Below the pieces are notes generated by a model. The model saw only the letters and a program-made list of their open reading frames with translations. It had not been told where the DNA came from and searched no databases. A stretch of 64,000 nucleotides of DNA from Batkoa obscura (taxonomy: Eukaryota), in assembly GCA_030770535.1 (NCBI GenBank), contig JASVEC010000022.1, positions 806,001 to 870,000 on the forward strand, in the 5' to 3' direction. A program made the translations under genes and the position numbers. Each line of letters starts with the position of its first letter. Within the stretch, counting starts at the first letter, position 1. This document shows, in pieces, positions 52,740 through 64,000 of the stretch.

Positions 52740-55700
52740 ATGGGTATACCAAAAATGTTTCGATGGCTGAGTGAGAGGTATCCTCTTGTCTCCCAATTAG
52801 TCGAAGAAAATGCTATACCTGAGTTTGGTAAGGCTTTCACATTCCACTTTTGTTTCTTAATTAATTTCCATATAGATAACTTATATCTTGATATGAATGG
52901 CATTGTTCATAATGCGACGCATGCAAATAAAGGCTCTCATTTAATGCTAACGGATGAAAAGATGTTTTCTTCTATCTTTAGTTATATTGAAGACTTATTT
53001 GAAAGGATTCAACCAAAAAAAGTGTTTTATATGGCCGTGGATGGTACAGATTAATAAACTTTTTCTTTTTTGTATAAAATTTAATAAAATAAAAGGCGTG
53101 GCGCCAAGGGCTAAAATGAATCAACAAAGAGCACGTCGATTTCGTACAGCTCAAGATCGTGAAAAAGAAAAGTTACTAGCATTAAAAAAAGGAATTGTGG
53201 TTTCGGATGATGCTTTTGATAGTAATTGTATTACACCGGGTAAATTAATTTGTATCCATGTTTATTTTAAAATAATAATCTATTTATTAAGGTACCGTAT
53301 TTATGGAAAAATTAACACAAAATTTAAAATATTTTATTAATAAAAAAATTTCGGAAGATGAAAAATGGCAAAAGATTGAAGTTATTTTATCTAGTCATGA
53401 AGTAAGTTTTAGTGGCATTTTATTTAACGTTTTGAATCATTCAATTAATATTTTATTTTATAGGTACCTGGTGAAGGTGAACATAAAATTATGGAGTATA
53501 TCCGTGCTTGTAAAGCTCAACCTAATTATAACCCAAATCTTCGTCATTGTCTTTATGGATTAGATGCCGATCTTATCATGTTAGGTTTACTTAGTCATGA
53601 TCCTCATTTTGCATTATTACGTGAGGAAGTAGCATTTGGTAAAAAAGCAAAAGTTAGGTAAGTTCAATTTAATATAATATTTATTTCAATCAATAGCTAA
53701 TATTTCATTTATTTATTTAACATAAAAGCCATGGACCACCACGCTTTTTTTTATTACATTTATCATTAGTCCGAGAATATATTGATTCGGATTTTTCCGA
53801 AGTCAAAGGAGAAATGAAATTTGACTATAATTTGGAAAAAATTATTGACGATTTAATTATGATGATTATGTTTGTTGGTAATGATTTTTTACCTCATTTA
53901 CCAGGGTTTGATATTGCAGATGGTGTATTAACAGAATTATTACGATCTTATGCTATATGGCTTAAAACAGGGGATGGATATATTAATAATGATGGAGTCG
54001 TTAATTTTAAACGATTAGAACAATTTTTAAGATCTTTAGATCGATTTGAATATAAACAATTTTTGAATTTACCAGACAATGTAGATATCTTAGCAAATGA
54101 AATGATTGGCTTTGGTAATTTTAAAATTACCGAAAATCAATTGGAATGGACTAATAAAGTATTAAACCAAATGGAACAAAATGGGGATTTTGAAATTCAA
54201 TTAGAACATGTTAAATCATTTAAAGATATTGAATTTATTAAACATTTAGCTGCGGATCTTAATTTACATTTAAACCATGAATATGAAAAAAATCATGAAG
54301 AAGATGAAATTCCTACCTTAATTTATTCAATTTCGAATAATGAATCGGATGTTGAAACAGAAACAGAAGATGAAAGTTTAGTCGTTATTAAAAATGCTAG
54401 AAATTCAATGGCATTTAAAAAAGTAGTAGAAAAATACTTAAATGCTCCAGTTGTTTCAAGTGAAGAAGAAATAGAAGATAGAAATGAAGCCAATAATATG
54501 TATATTAAATGGAAAAAAGATTATTATCAAGTAAGTTTAATTAACATTATTTATTTAAGTTTATATATATTAATATATTACCGTTATTTTAGAATAAATT
54601 AGAAATTGATAGAGATAATAAAGAAGAATTCAATAAGATTATTCAATCTTATATTGAAGGTATACAATGGGTCATCTTTTATTATTATCATGGTATTCGT
54701 TCTTGGGGTTGGTATTATCCTTATCATTACGCTCCTATGCTTAGTGGTAATATTATATATCTATATATTTATGTGTTAATATACTAATAATTTCAATAAT
54801 AACTATTATTATTATTATTTATTTGTTTATTTTAGATTTAGTTGGTATTGGTAAAATAGAGATTAATTTTGAACAGGGCACTCCATTTAAACCATTTGAA
54901 CAACTTATGGGTGTATTACCACCATTAAGTAAAACCCTTGTACCACAAGGATTAAGAGTAATTAATAATAATCATGTGATTTAATATATTTACTTATCTA
55001 CTTATTTATTTATTTAAGGAATTAATGACTAATCCCATGTCAACTATTATTGATTTTTATCCAATGGAATTTGATTGTGATTTAAATGGAAAAAAAATAG
55101 TTGGGAAGCAGTAGTTAAAATACCATTTATTGATGAAAAGAGATTATTAGCAGCTATTAAAGCACAAGAACATTTACTTACTAAAGAAGAAGTTAAAAGA
55201 AATAGTTTTGGTAATATATTTCAATATAAGTATAATCCAAATATAAGTAAACCATATAAATCTTCATTACCCGGTTATTTATCGGATATATTAACTTATT
55301 GTGAGGAACATATATTTAATCTTCCTAAAGTACAAACTAAAGATTTAAAATTTGGTCTTTGTCCAGGGGTTGAATATGGTCCAAATGCTCCACCTGGCTT
55401 TCCATCTATTTTTTCAATTCCAATTAATTCTTCAGTAAAGCACACATCATTAACGGTATTTGATAGAGCAACTAAAAGTGAAAGCGTAATCATTGATGTA
55501 GTTAACCCTTATTCTAATATATCAGCAGAAGAAATGGCCAATCAATATATGGGGAAATGTATTTTTATTGGTTATCCTTTTTTACATCATGCTAAATTGG
55601 TCAAAATAATGACATTAACAGATGAATTTATCTTTGATAAAAATAATAGAATTACAAAAATACCAGTATTAGAAGATGGAGAAAAAGAATTTAGAAAAAT

Positions 55701-57297
55701 CACAAAAGAAATTGAAGCTACTTATAAAGTACGTAAAGGAGTTAATATTGGTACTATTGATAAATTATTATATTATGCTCCATTTATTTCTATGGTTCGT
55801 GCTATGGATGGTAGTTTAGTTCGACATTTTGCAGAAAATTTAGAACCTGAACCATATCCATCTCAATTATGCGTATTTTCAATTAATAAAGAAGACCCTC
55901 GATATCAACCAATTAATGCTCAACCTATTGAAGAAGTATTTCCATTAAAATGTAAAGCTTTCTTTTTAGGAGATAAATTTTATGGTACTCCATGTCAAAT
56001 TACAGGCCATAAAAATGATACAGTTTCTATTAAATTATTACATCAATCAGATAATTTAAATATTGGTAAAAAAATAGTTAATTCAAGTAAAATAGAAAAT
56101 CAATTTACTCATATTAAAGAATTAGCTAAAATTTGTCAATGTTCTTCATTAACTATATCTAAATTAACATCTAGAATTAAATTATCAATTGAAAAGAAAC
56201 GAAATGAAATAATTAACTTAGGATTAGGATTAAAATTTGAAAATAAAGGAGAAATGGTATTAGGTTATTGTCAAAAAGGATATAAAGGTTGGGAATTTTC
56301 ACCAAAAGCATGCCAATTAGTGACTGATTTTTGCAGAACATTCCCCGAATTTATTCAAGGACTAGAGAATCAAAATAATTCAAGTCAAATTATACCAACT
56401 GAATCAATTTACCCTGAAAACACAATGGAACATATTAATAAAATTCAACAATGGCATAAAGAAAATGGAATTAAAGAATTAAAATTATCTTCAATTGATA
56501 GTGAATTATTAGATAATAATAGTATTATTAAATTACAAGTATTTTGGGATCAATTTTATCAACAAAATACAAAAATTGAAATTATTGAAATTCATAATGT
56601 ACCTAGATCTGCTATTTTAAAACATTCTGATGAAGAAATACATCTATCAAGACAAAAGTATTCATTAGGAGATCGAGTCGTTTATATTAAAGAATCGAGT
56701 AAAGTACCTATTACTTTACGTGGTACAGTTATTGGTAGTGAAGCAGATAATTTAGAAATATTATTTGATCGTACATTTCATAATGGTACTAATTTAGATG
56801 GTCGATGTGAAGAACATCGTGGTTTATGGGTACAAAAGAAATACTTATTAAATTTAAGTGATCAACAATTAAGTCAATCAAATTTAGTTAATTTTATGAA
56901 ACGATTCATTATTAAAACTCCAACTAATCAAAAGAATGGGAATAATAACAATAATAGTAACAATAATAATAATAGTTATAGTAATAATAATTATAATAAT
57001 TATCAACAACGTAATCAAGTGAATCAAAAGAATTCTAATAACGTTAACTATAATAAGTATAATAACAATCAACAACAACAACAGAATAATTCTAACATGA
57101 AATTTAATAATCAATATCAACAAAGACCAAACTTTATTCCTAATGCTTGGACACAAAATAAATCAAGCGGAAATAAAAATCATCCTAATACTAATATTAA
57201 TAATAATAATAATAATAGTAATAGTAATAATCGTGGTCGCGGTGGATTTAATAATTCCAATCGTAGTTTATTTGATCCTAAACAAAATGAAAAATAA
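52740..57297 (+). CDS. XRN1: 5'-3' exoribonuclease 1; one apparent frameshift at the A8 run 55090-55097
   Basis: [89 protein letters not shown]; extended C-terminal domains (GDRVV...GTVIG) typical of Xrn1 rather than Rat1. Confidence 0.93.
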
Positions 57298-57579
57298 GTT
57301 TTAATAAAATTAACAAATTCATCATTTTATAACTGGACATTTTAAATTTATGAAAATGATCCGATACTTTAAAATAATATAAAGATAATAATAAAAATTA
57401 AAATATATTGTTTTAATATTATTTTAATATTATTTTTTATCATTTTTTATGCATTTTTTATTAGTTATTTAAGATATAAAATATTGATTATTTTTAATAC
57501 AGATTTGATTCCACATTAACATAACTCCAAATAAATCAACTTTATTCATTATAACATATAATATATAATCCCACTTAAA

Positions 57580-57970
57580 TTACATTACTTTACAACCTGG
57601 TATAAAAAATTGTAATTTAAAAGATTTAATTCCTATTGAATCATATTTATGATATCCAGTATATCCCGTTAACTTCACTTCACCACTACAATCACATTGA
57701 TTAAAAAAGTTTAATACTAAATTATCAGTAGGTACAAATAAACTATTTAACGTTTCTATTGATTTGAAATTATAACAAGTATTTGATTTTTGAACTTGAT
57801 AACTAGTAACATTGGTTTTTAGCACTAAAAAAAGAGAATTATGATTAAGTTAATTAATATAGAAATAAGCTTAAGATAGTGTATTATTTACTTGCGATAA
57901 TACCACTCGTTTGAGATTGTATAAAATAAAAGTAAAATAATGGTAAAATGAGATGATTAATTAATTTCAT
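57580..57970 (-). CDS. Small putatively secreted Cys-containing protein (~107 aa, 1 intron)
   Basis: Exon 1 MKLINHLILPLFYFYFIQSQTSGIIA (signal-peptide-like) joined by a GT-AG intron to ORF 57580-57825 with 4 Cys. Confidence 0.6.
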
Positions 57971-58301
57971 ATTGTTATTAAAAGAGTGGTAAAAAAGAGA
58001 AAACAAAGATTAAAATTAAAATTAAAGTGGAAGAAAATTTACTTTCTGTTGATTGGCCAAATTCAACTATTCTAATTAATTAAATTTAATACTAATAATA
58101 GTAATTGTGTTCTATTTTTTGGAAATAACTGAAGTTTAATTTAAAATAGGATAACTTAAAATTTCAATCAACAATGTGAAAACAAAGCATTATAAAAAAT
58201 ATACATTCTATTAATATTATATATTACATACCATAGATTATAGATTATATATCCTATATTTTATTTTAAGTATTTAATTTTATTAAAATTGAATTTTCTA
58301 T

Positions 58302-59589
58302 TTATTGTTTTGCTTTTTCAATTAAAGTGTCCATTGGAGTGGGTTTAAATAACCAGTTTTGACTTGGCCAACTATTGAGTTTAGCTCGATGTTTCTTTTC
58401 AAATAAACTAGCTTCTCTTAATGTACCATCAGTTTCTCGAATTAATACTTGACGATTCTAAATAAAATAAAGATAATGTTAGTAAATAAATAAATAATAA
58501 GTAATAAATAGAAACATAACATAACATAATCAAAGTATAACAACATTATGATATATATAATATTATATCACTATTATCAATAATTTACCTTTAAACTTAA
58601 ATTAGGATTAATATCACTAAACATAAATTGATATTTTTTATGACTACCCTTTTCATCTTTACTAAGGATTTTAACTTGTGTTTTCATTTCAGGTATTTTA
58701 TCTCCTCTTAAACCATGGTATTCAAATGGTTTTTCATCAGCCAATTCTTTTTTAACTTGTTCGAATGGCTTTCTATTAAGCGATACAGCTGCATCCTATT
58801 AATTACAATAAACATATTACTATTATTATTATTATTATTATTACTTTAGCACCAAATTCTACTTCTTCGTCAATGGCACGAAATAAAGGTTTATTAATTT
58901 CAGGTAAAATAGGTTCTAATTCTTCTTTATCATGCATATTAGATACACCAAGTAATTTTTCCATACCAATTTGAAAATTGGTTTGTAAAATAAATTTCTA
59001 TTTATAAGGGAAACAAGATTAGTAATTATTTTTTATGCATTTACAATAAAATAAATATTACCTCTTTCCCTTTTGTAATTAATTCTTCTTGTAAACTTTT
59101 TAATTTCAAAATAGCTTCTACTCTCTTGACTGATAAACGAAATATATTGCCTAATTTCCTTGGGGTATTGACCTTTGGATTTTGTTTATAATAATCAAAT
59201 ATTTTCTTTTTATTTTCTTCAGATACTGGTTTATGTGGTTTAAAAAATGGATTCATTGGGAAAGGAGCCTACATTTAAAAAAAGAATCATTAATTTAATA
59301 TTTCAAATTATGTTGTATATAATAATCATGATAGTGTAATAAAGTTACGTACATTATTTTTACCCAAATATTGTACTGGTAAAAAATCTTTTGGATTTTC
59401 TGTTTTAATACTAAAATTTGATGATGTTTCTTGAAGCCATTGTTCTACTTTAGCATCCATTTTATTAGCTTTAGCCTCCTTCTCTTGTTCCAAATTAATA
59501 CATTTGGTTTGAAATCCTCGACTTAATGTGTTCTTAGAAATAACATTGATTAGCCTTGAATTCTTAGTTATATTCATCGTTTGAAGCAT
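58302..59589 (-). CDS. MRPS35: Mitochondrial ribosomal protein mS45 (MRPS35/Bot1-like), multi-exon
   Basis: Presequence-like N-terminus; PFPMNPFFKP..PVSE..KKKI...RKLG..F.LS.KRVEAILKL; C-terminal RETDGTLREA. Confidence 0.75.
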
Positions 59590-59838
59590 TTTGTCTAAAG
59601 TTGAATAATTATTATATAGTGCTTTAAATTGTTTTTTTTGAATAGTAGAATTTAGTAGAAATCAATTTTAAGTAACCAATCAATTTGAATTGTTCAATTG
59701 TTAGGATTAAAGAATCAAGTTATGGTAAGTTTCAACTCAAGCTAACAATTTCTACTTAACCAATAATATTCTATCTCTAAATCTAAAATAATTTAAGTTT
59801 TATTTATTTTTATTAGAATCATCAAAATAAACCATTAA

Positions 59839-60446
59839 ATGAATGACACCACAATAAGAACGAGTAGTTTGTACAACAGCTTAAAACAAAGTTTAACTAA
59901 AGATACATTAACTCGAGGTGGCCTATTGCCATTAGAACGTATCCAATATATCTCAAGTATTGCTGGGATATGGGGTTTTTTATTGGGTGGTTATCAAGGT
60001 GGAAAACTAGAAGGTTATCGATATTTAGCGGAACATCAACATAAATTACCAAAAACTATGGATCAATGGTATTTTTATCATAAAAGGAAAAATTATAAAA
60101 TGATGTTAGAAGGAAGTAAAGTAGGTAGTCAATTAGCTTTGAGATTAATTGGTTTATGTTGTAGTTTTGAACTAATTCAATTGAGTTGCGATGTGATTTT
60201 ATTTGATGCAAAAAATAGCTGGATTTCTTCAACAATAGCCGGATTCTCCACGGCTACTGTATTTTCATTATTGAGTAACTACTTCTTAATTTATTAATTC
60301 ACTTTATTAATTTATTTTTAGACAAATTACCCAAACAATCTCGAAGATATGCTATATTTGCTGGTACAGGCTTTGGTTTATTAGCTGGTAGTTTACAACA
60401 TTTTATAGATAATTTCAAAAGTAAAAAAGAAGAGAAAATGGAATAA
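59839..60446 (+). CDS. Conserved fungal membrane protein, probably Tim17/22/23-like (1 intron)
   Basis: GIWGFLLGGYQGG...RYLAEHQHKLPKTMDQWYFYHKRKNY; Gly-rich hydrophobic segments. Confidence 0.6.
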
Positions 60447-60575
60447 GTTCCACTTATTTATAAAAAAAATCATTTAAAATAAAACTCAATTCTAATAATA
60501 ATAATTTTCAATTTAATAAATAGGCCTATTTTTTATCTATAATTTGTTTACTCGAATACAAATAAAATCTAAATT

Positions 60576-63159
60576 TTATTTTTTATTGATATGTTGTTGA
60601 TAATATTGAATAACTTTTGGATGAGCTCTTATTTTATCAGGAGTAAAATTAAGTACTTGTAACCCACTTAAGGTAGTAGCTCGTGATAAAGCGACATAAG
60701 CTTGTCCTGAATTAAAATTTCATTTTAATCTTATTAATTTTTAAAAACTCATTATTAATAATTACCTCTTTCAAATATTTTAAGTAAATCCACTTTAACT
60801 TTTTGTAATGTTTGTCCTTGAGATTTATGAATTGACATAGCCCATGCTAATAATAGTGGTACCTGTAATTCATTAATTATTAAAAAATGATTTATTGTAA
60901 TATAAACTATTCTTATTCTTATTCTTACCTGACTTCTAGTACCTAAAATTTCATTATTAACTTCATATGTTGACTCCTCAGGTGTAATAGTAATTTCAAT
61001 ACCACCTGGAAATCGAACCACAGGATATTGAGTATCATATATATCTTTTGATTTATTAAATATTTCTTGTTCTGGGATAGGGCCAACCAATTGTAATTTA
61101 TCTCGAGTCTTTGCATCCATTTCATTGATATTATTAAACCCAATCACAATACCTAAACTGCCATTGACTAAAGATGGATGTTCATATGTCATGTTTTTTA
61201 ACAACATTACTTGAGCATTCACTTTTAACTCCAATACTTTAGGAAATAATGTATAGTTATCCATATTATCAACAACATGTTGTACTTTCCCAAAGTCATT
61301 GGCTTTTAACACATGTAGTTCACCATGTAATCCTTTTAATCGTATCATATTCGCTCGATCGACTTCAGAGCGAGTAGAAAATCTAAAATAGAGATAAGTT
61401 TCTAATTTACTAACTATTTGATACTAATATTACAATTCAGCTGCTTGGATACCATCCCCAGTAGAAGGTAATTGACGTGAAAGTGATTTAAAAGTTTCAA
61501 TTCCTTTGGCACTAACTTGACCTATCCTAGCTTCATTTAATATGGTTGTAAATTCTATAAAACAAATTTTAGTTCGCTTTGAATTCTTTGAATTTAGATT
61601 AAATTACCTGAATCTCGTTGTCTAAAGATTTCGGTTAAAACAATAGTTCTGTCAATGCATTTTTTCCAACATTCCGATTCAAAGCAAAATTTAGCCTCTC
61701 CTCCTCGACTAACGGGCGGTAATTGTAAAAAATCACCTGCTAATATAAGCTAATATAAAGTAAATTTTAATATATTTATGGTATATTTTTATTATTAAAT
61801 TACTTGAATACCACCAAATGGTTTATCTTTAGTTCCTTTTAGTTTACAAGCTACTTGTTCTAATTTATCAAATAGTTCTCCATTTAACATTGAAACTAAA
61901 TAAATAGATATTAACTATTAATATAGAGTATGGAATATATAAAAATAATACTTACTTTCATCGATAATTAAATATTTTAGACCCATCCATTTTTTTGCGG
62001 ATTTTCTATTTTTATTAATTTTGGTAACTAATTCATGAATAGTTCCATTTCCTAATCCAATACCCGAAAAAGAATGTACTGTACAACCACCAATATTAAA
62101 AGCAGCTATACCAGTCGATGCTGTAACTGCTAATGTTTCTGGTAAATCAAATTTTTTACGTTGGTCTATTCGAAATCGTACATTTGGATCTCTTGAATAT
62201 GAATCTTCTCGGTTACAGATTTCTTCAATGATATATCTTAATAATAATGATTTGCCAGTACCTTATTCTTATTAAAAAATTATTGAAATACAAACATTAG
62301 AATTTACCTGCAGATCCGGTAAAAAATACATTTTTACCATCTCTAAAGATAGCATCTACTACCTCTAATTGGGATTTTGATAGCTTACTTTTATCGATCA
62401 TTATACCTTTATTTAATCCATTTGATTTTTTTGCATTAATTCTATTACTGCTATTGAGACTAGTACTCCCACTATTAAAAGAAGAGCTTTGTGATTTCTT
62501 TTCATTATTATTAAAATTTCCCCAAGGCATATCCCTTTTTTTGTTTGTTAACGAATTTCCACTGTTACCTCTTTTAATATGATTATCATAAGGCCCTTTA
62601 CTTGGTTTATTTGGATCACTGGATACTACATAGACTCCATTTTTGTTGCTTCCAGAGTTACCATAACCACTAAAGATACTTCTTGATACGGTTGGCGTTG
62701 AAGTTGCTTGTTTAATATGTTGATATCTTTGCTGAAAAGATTGTTGTTGTATTGACATAGAGCGATTTTGTATAGGTTTTGAATACCCACCAACTTTACC
62801 TAAATCTAGTTTTTGAATAGCTGAGCTAGATACAAAAGGATTACGATTGTTCGATTGAGTTAAATCTACAAATTGGGATGAATTTGAGTTTCTTGAAATG
62901 GACTTATTTTGATAAGCTGGGCTACTAGTTAAATCAACTACATTACTTGATGTAATTATGGATTTTGTTTCTATAACTTTGATTCAATTTTTAATTTCTA
63001 TTTAACTTTATTTAAATTTTAATCACCTTTTTTTTCCACTCTTGTACTACTATTAGTCGTACTAACATTATTGGAGTTTTTATTAAAATAACTTAGAATA
63101 CTTGCTTGTTTACTACTTTCATTACCTTTTTTCTTGGCATTATTTTCTTGCTTATACAT
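60576..63159 (-). CDS. PIF1: Pif1/Rrm3-family 5'-3' DNA helicase, many introns
   Basis: [104 protein letters not shown]. Confidence 0.95.
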
Positions 63160-64000
63160 AAGTTTATCTTATACTAATTATAAAATAGTCTATTTTAATA
63201 AGTTAAGATAATTGATAAAAAGAAATTTGCTTTTTTTGAATAAAAAATTAAATTTGATCGATCCAATTATCAGGGATTAAAAAATGTTGATGTAACTTCA
63301 AATTTCTCGATTTTAAGTGGGCAGGTTAAGCAAGCTAGTAAAGTGGTACATTTTATAGTTGATAAAATAATGAAACGAAAATTAATATTTAGTTTTGGTA
63401 TTACCTAGTTATTTGATTTATATAGTGTGCGTTAAAAAGAATAACATCTAAAGATTCTTAAATGTAGGCTTAAAAATACAATTTAAGTTTCCACTCTAAT
63501 AATGATTTAAAATAACTTTTATAACTTCAAATACTTAATTATAAAATATGTTGAAACTTATCAATCTATTATAATAATATGCAATCAAAAAATAGCAATG
63601 TTTCAAAATATTAAAATAAAATTTATTGAATATTTAATTTAGAAAACTCCAATAAAAGTAAAGTTAAGATTTTAAACCAACTCCATGTAAATTAACATCT
63701 AAATCACCCAAAACGTTCGAAATTCTTTAAAGAGACACGGATCACTTGAAACTATTTCCCAGTAATATTAGTGATTTCTTTCAATATACTATTGACGGTG
63801 ATGTCCTTTACAACAATGTTTACAATACTGTTTTTAATTTTTGGTAAATATTGATTTTGATATATTAATTAACAGTATCATTGAACCTATTAATTATTGT
63901 AACATTTAAGTATCTAATCTATTATTATTGTTTTATTTTTCTGTTGCCTTACTTTAAATTTTTTTAGTTGCTTTCTATTTGTTATTCATATGAGTTCATA

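Noticed and set aside
63430..63850. Possible decayed LRR-like coding sequence at the window end
   Set aside because: Stops in all frames and no diagnostic motif.

Overview
Very AT-rich, gene-dense eukaryotic nuclear DNA with many short (mostly ~45-70 nt) spliceosomal introns. Gene content (Rab2, BRCA1/BARD1-like, MESH1, long-form PEX5, GDP-mannose dehydratase, divergent F-box/LRR genes) fits an early-diverging fungus, possibly Zoopagomycota/Entomophthoromycotina; this is inference, not a database result. I spliced about 25 protein-coding genes by eye, mostly housekeeping. Also present: a ~98-bp MITE-like foldback family (7 copies), a chromodomain relic, a possible Mutator relic and an F-box pseudogene. 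Most notable: (1) a canonical U12-type AT-AC intron in Rab2; (2) a 403-nt intron of the mitochondrial rRNA methyltransferase gene that folds into a multi-helix, G-U-rich structure on the transcribed strand and appears to bury a 25-nt stop-containing cassette exon, a candidate splicing-regulatory RNA; (3) a BRCA1/BARD1-like RING-BRCT protein with an internal NZF zinc finger; (4) head-to-head MESH1 and ITPase genes; (5) a DOPA-dioxygenase-family protein apparently lacking several conserved histidines. Exon boundaries were read manually and may be off by a few bases.
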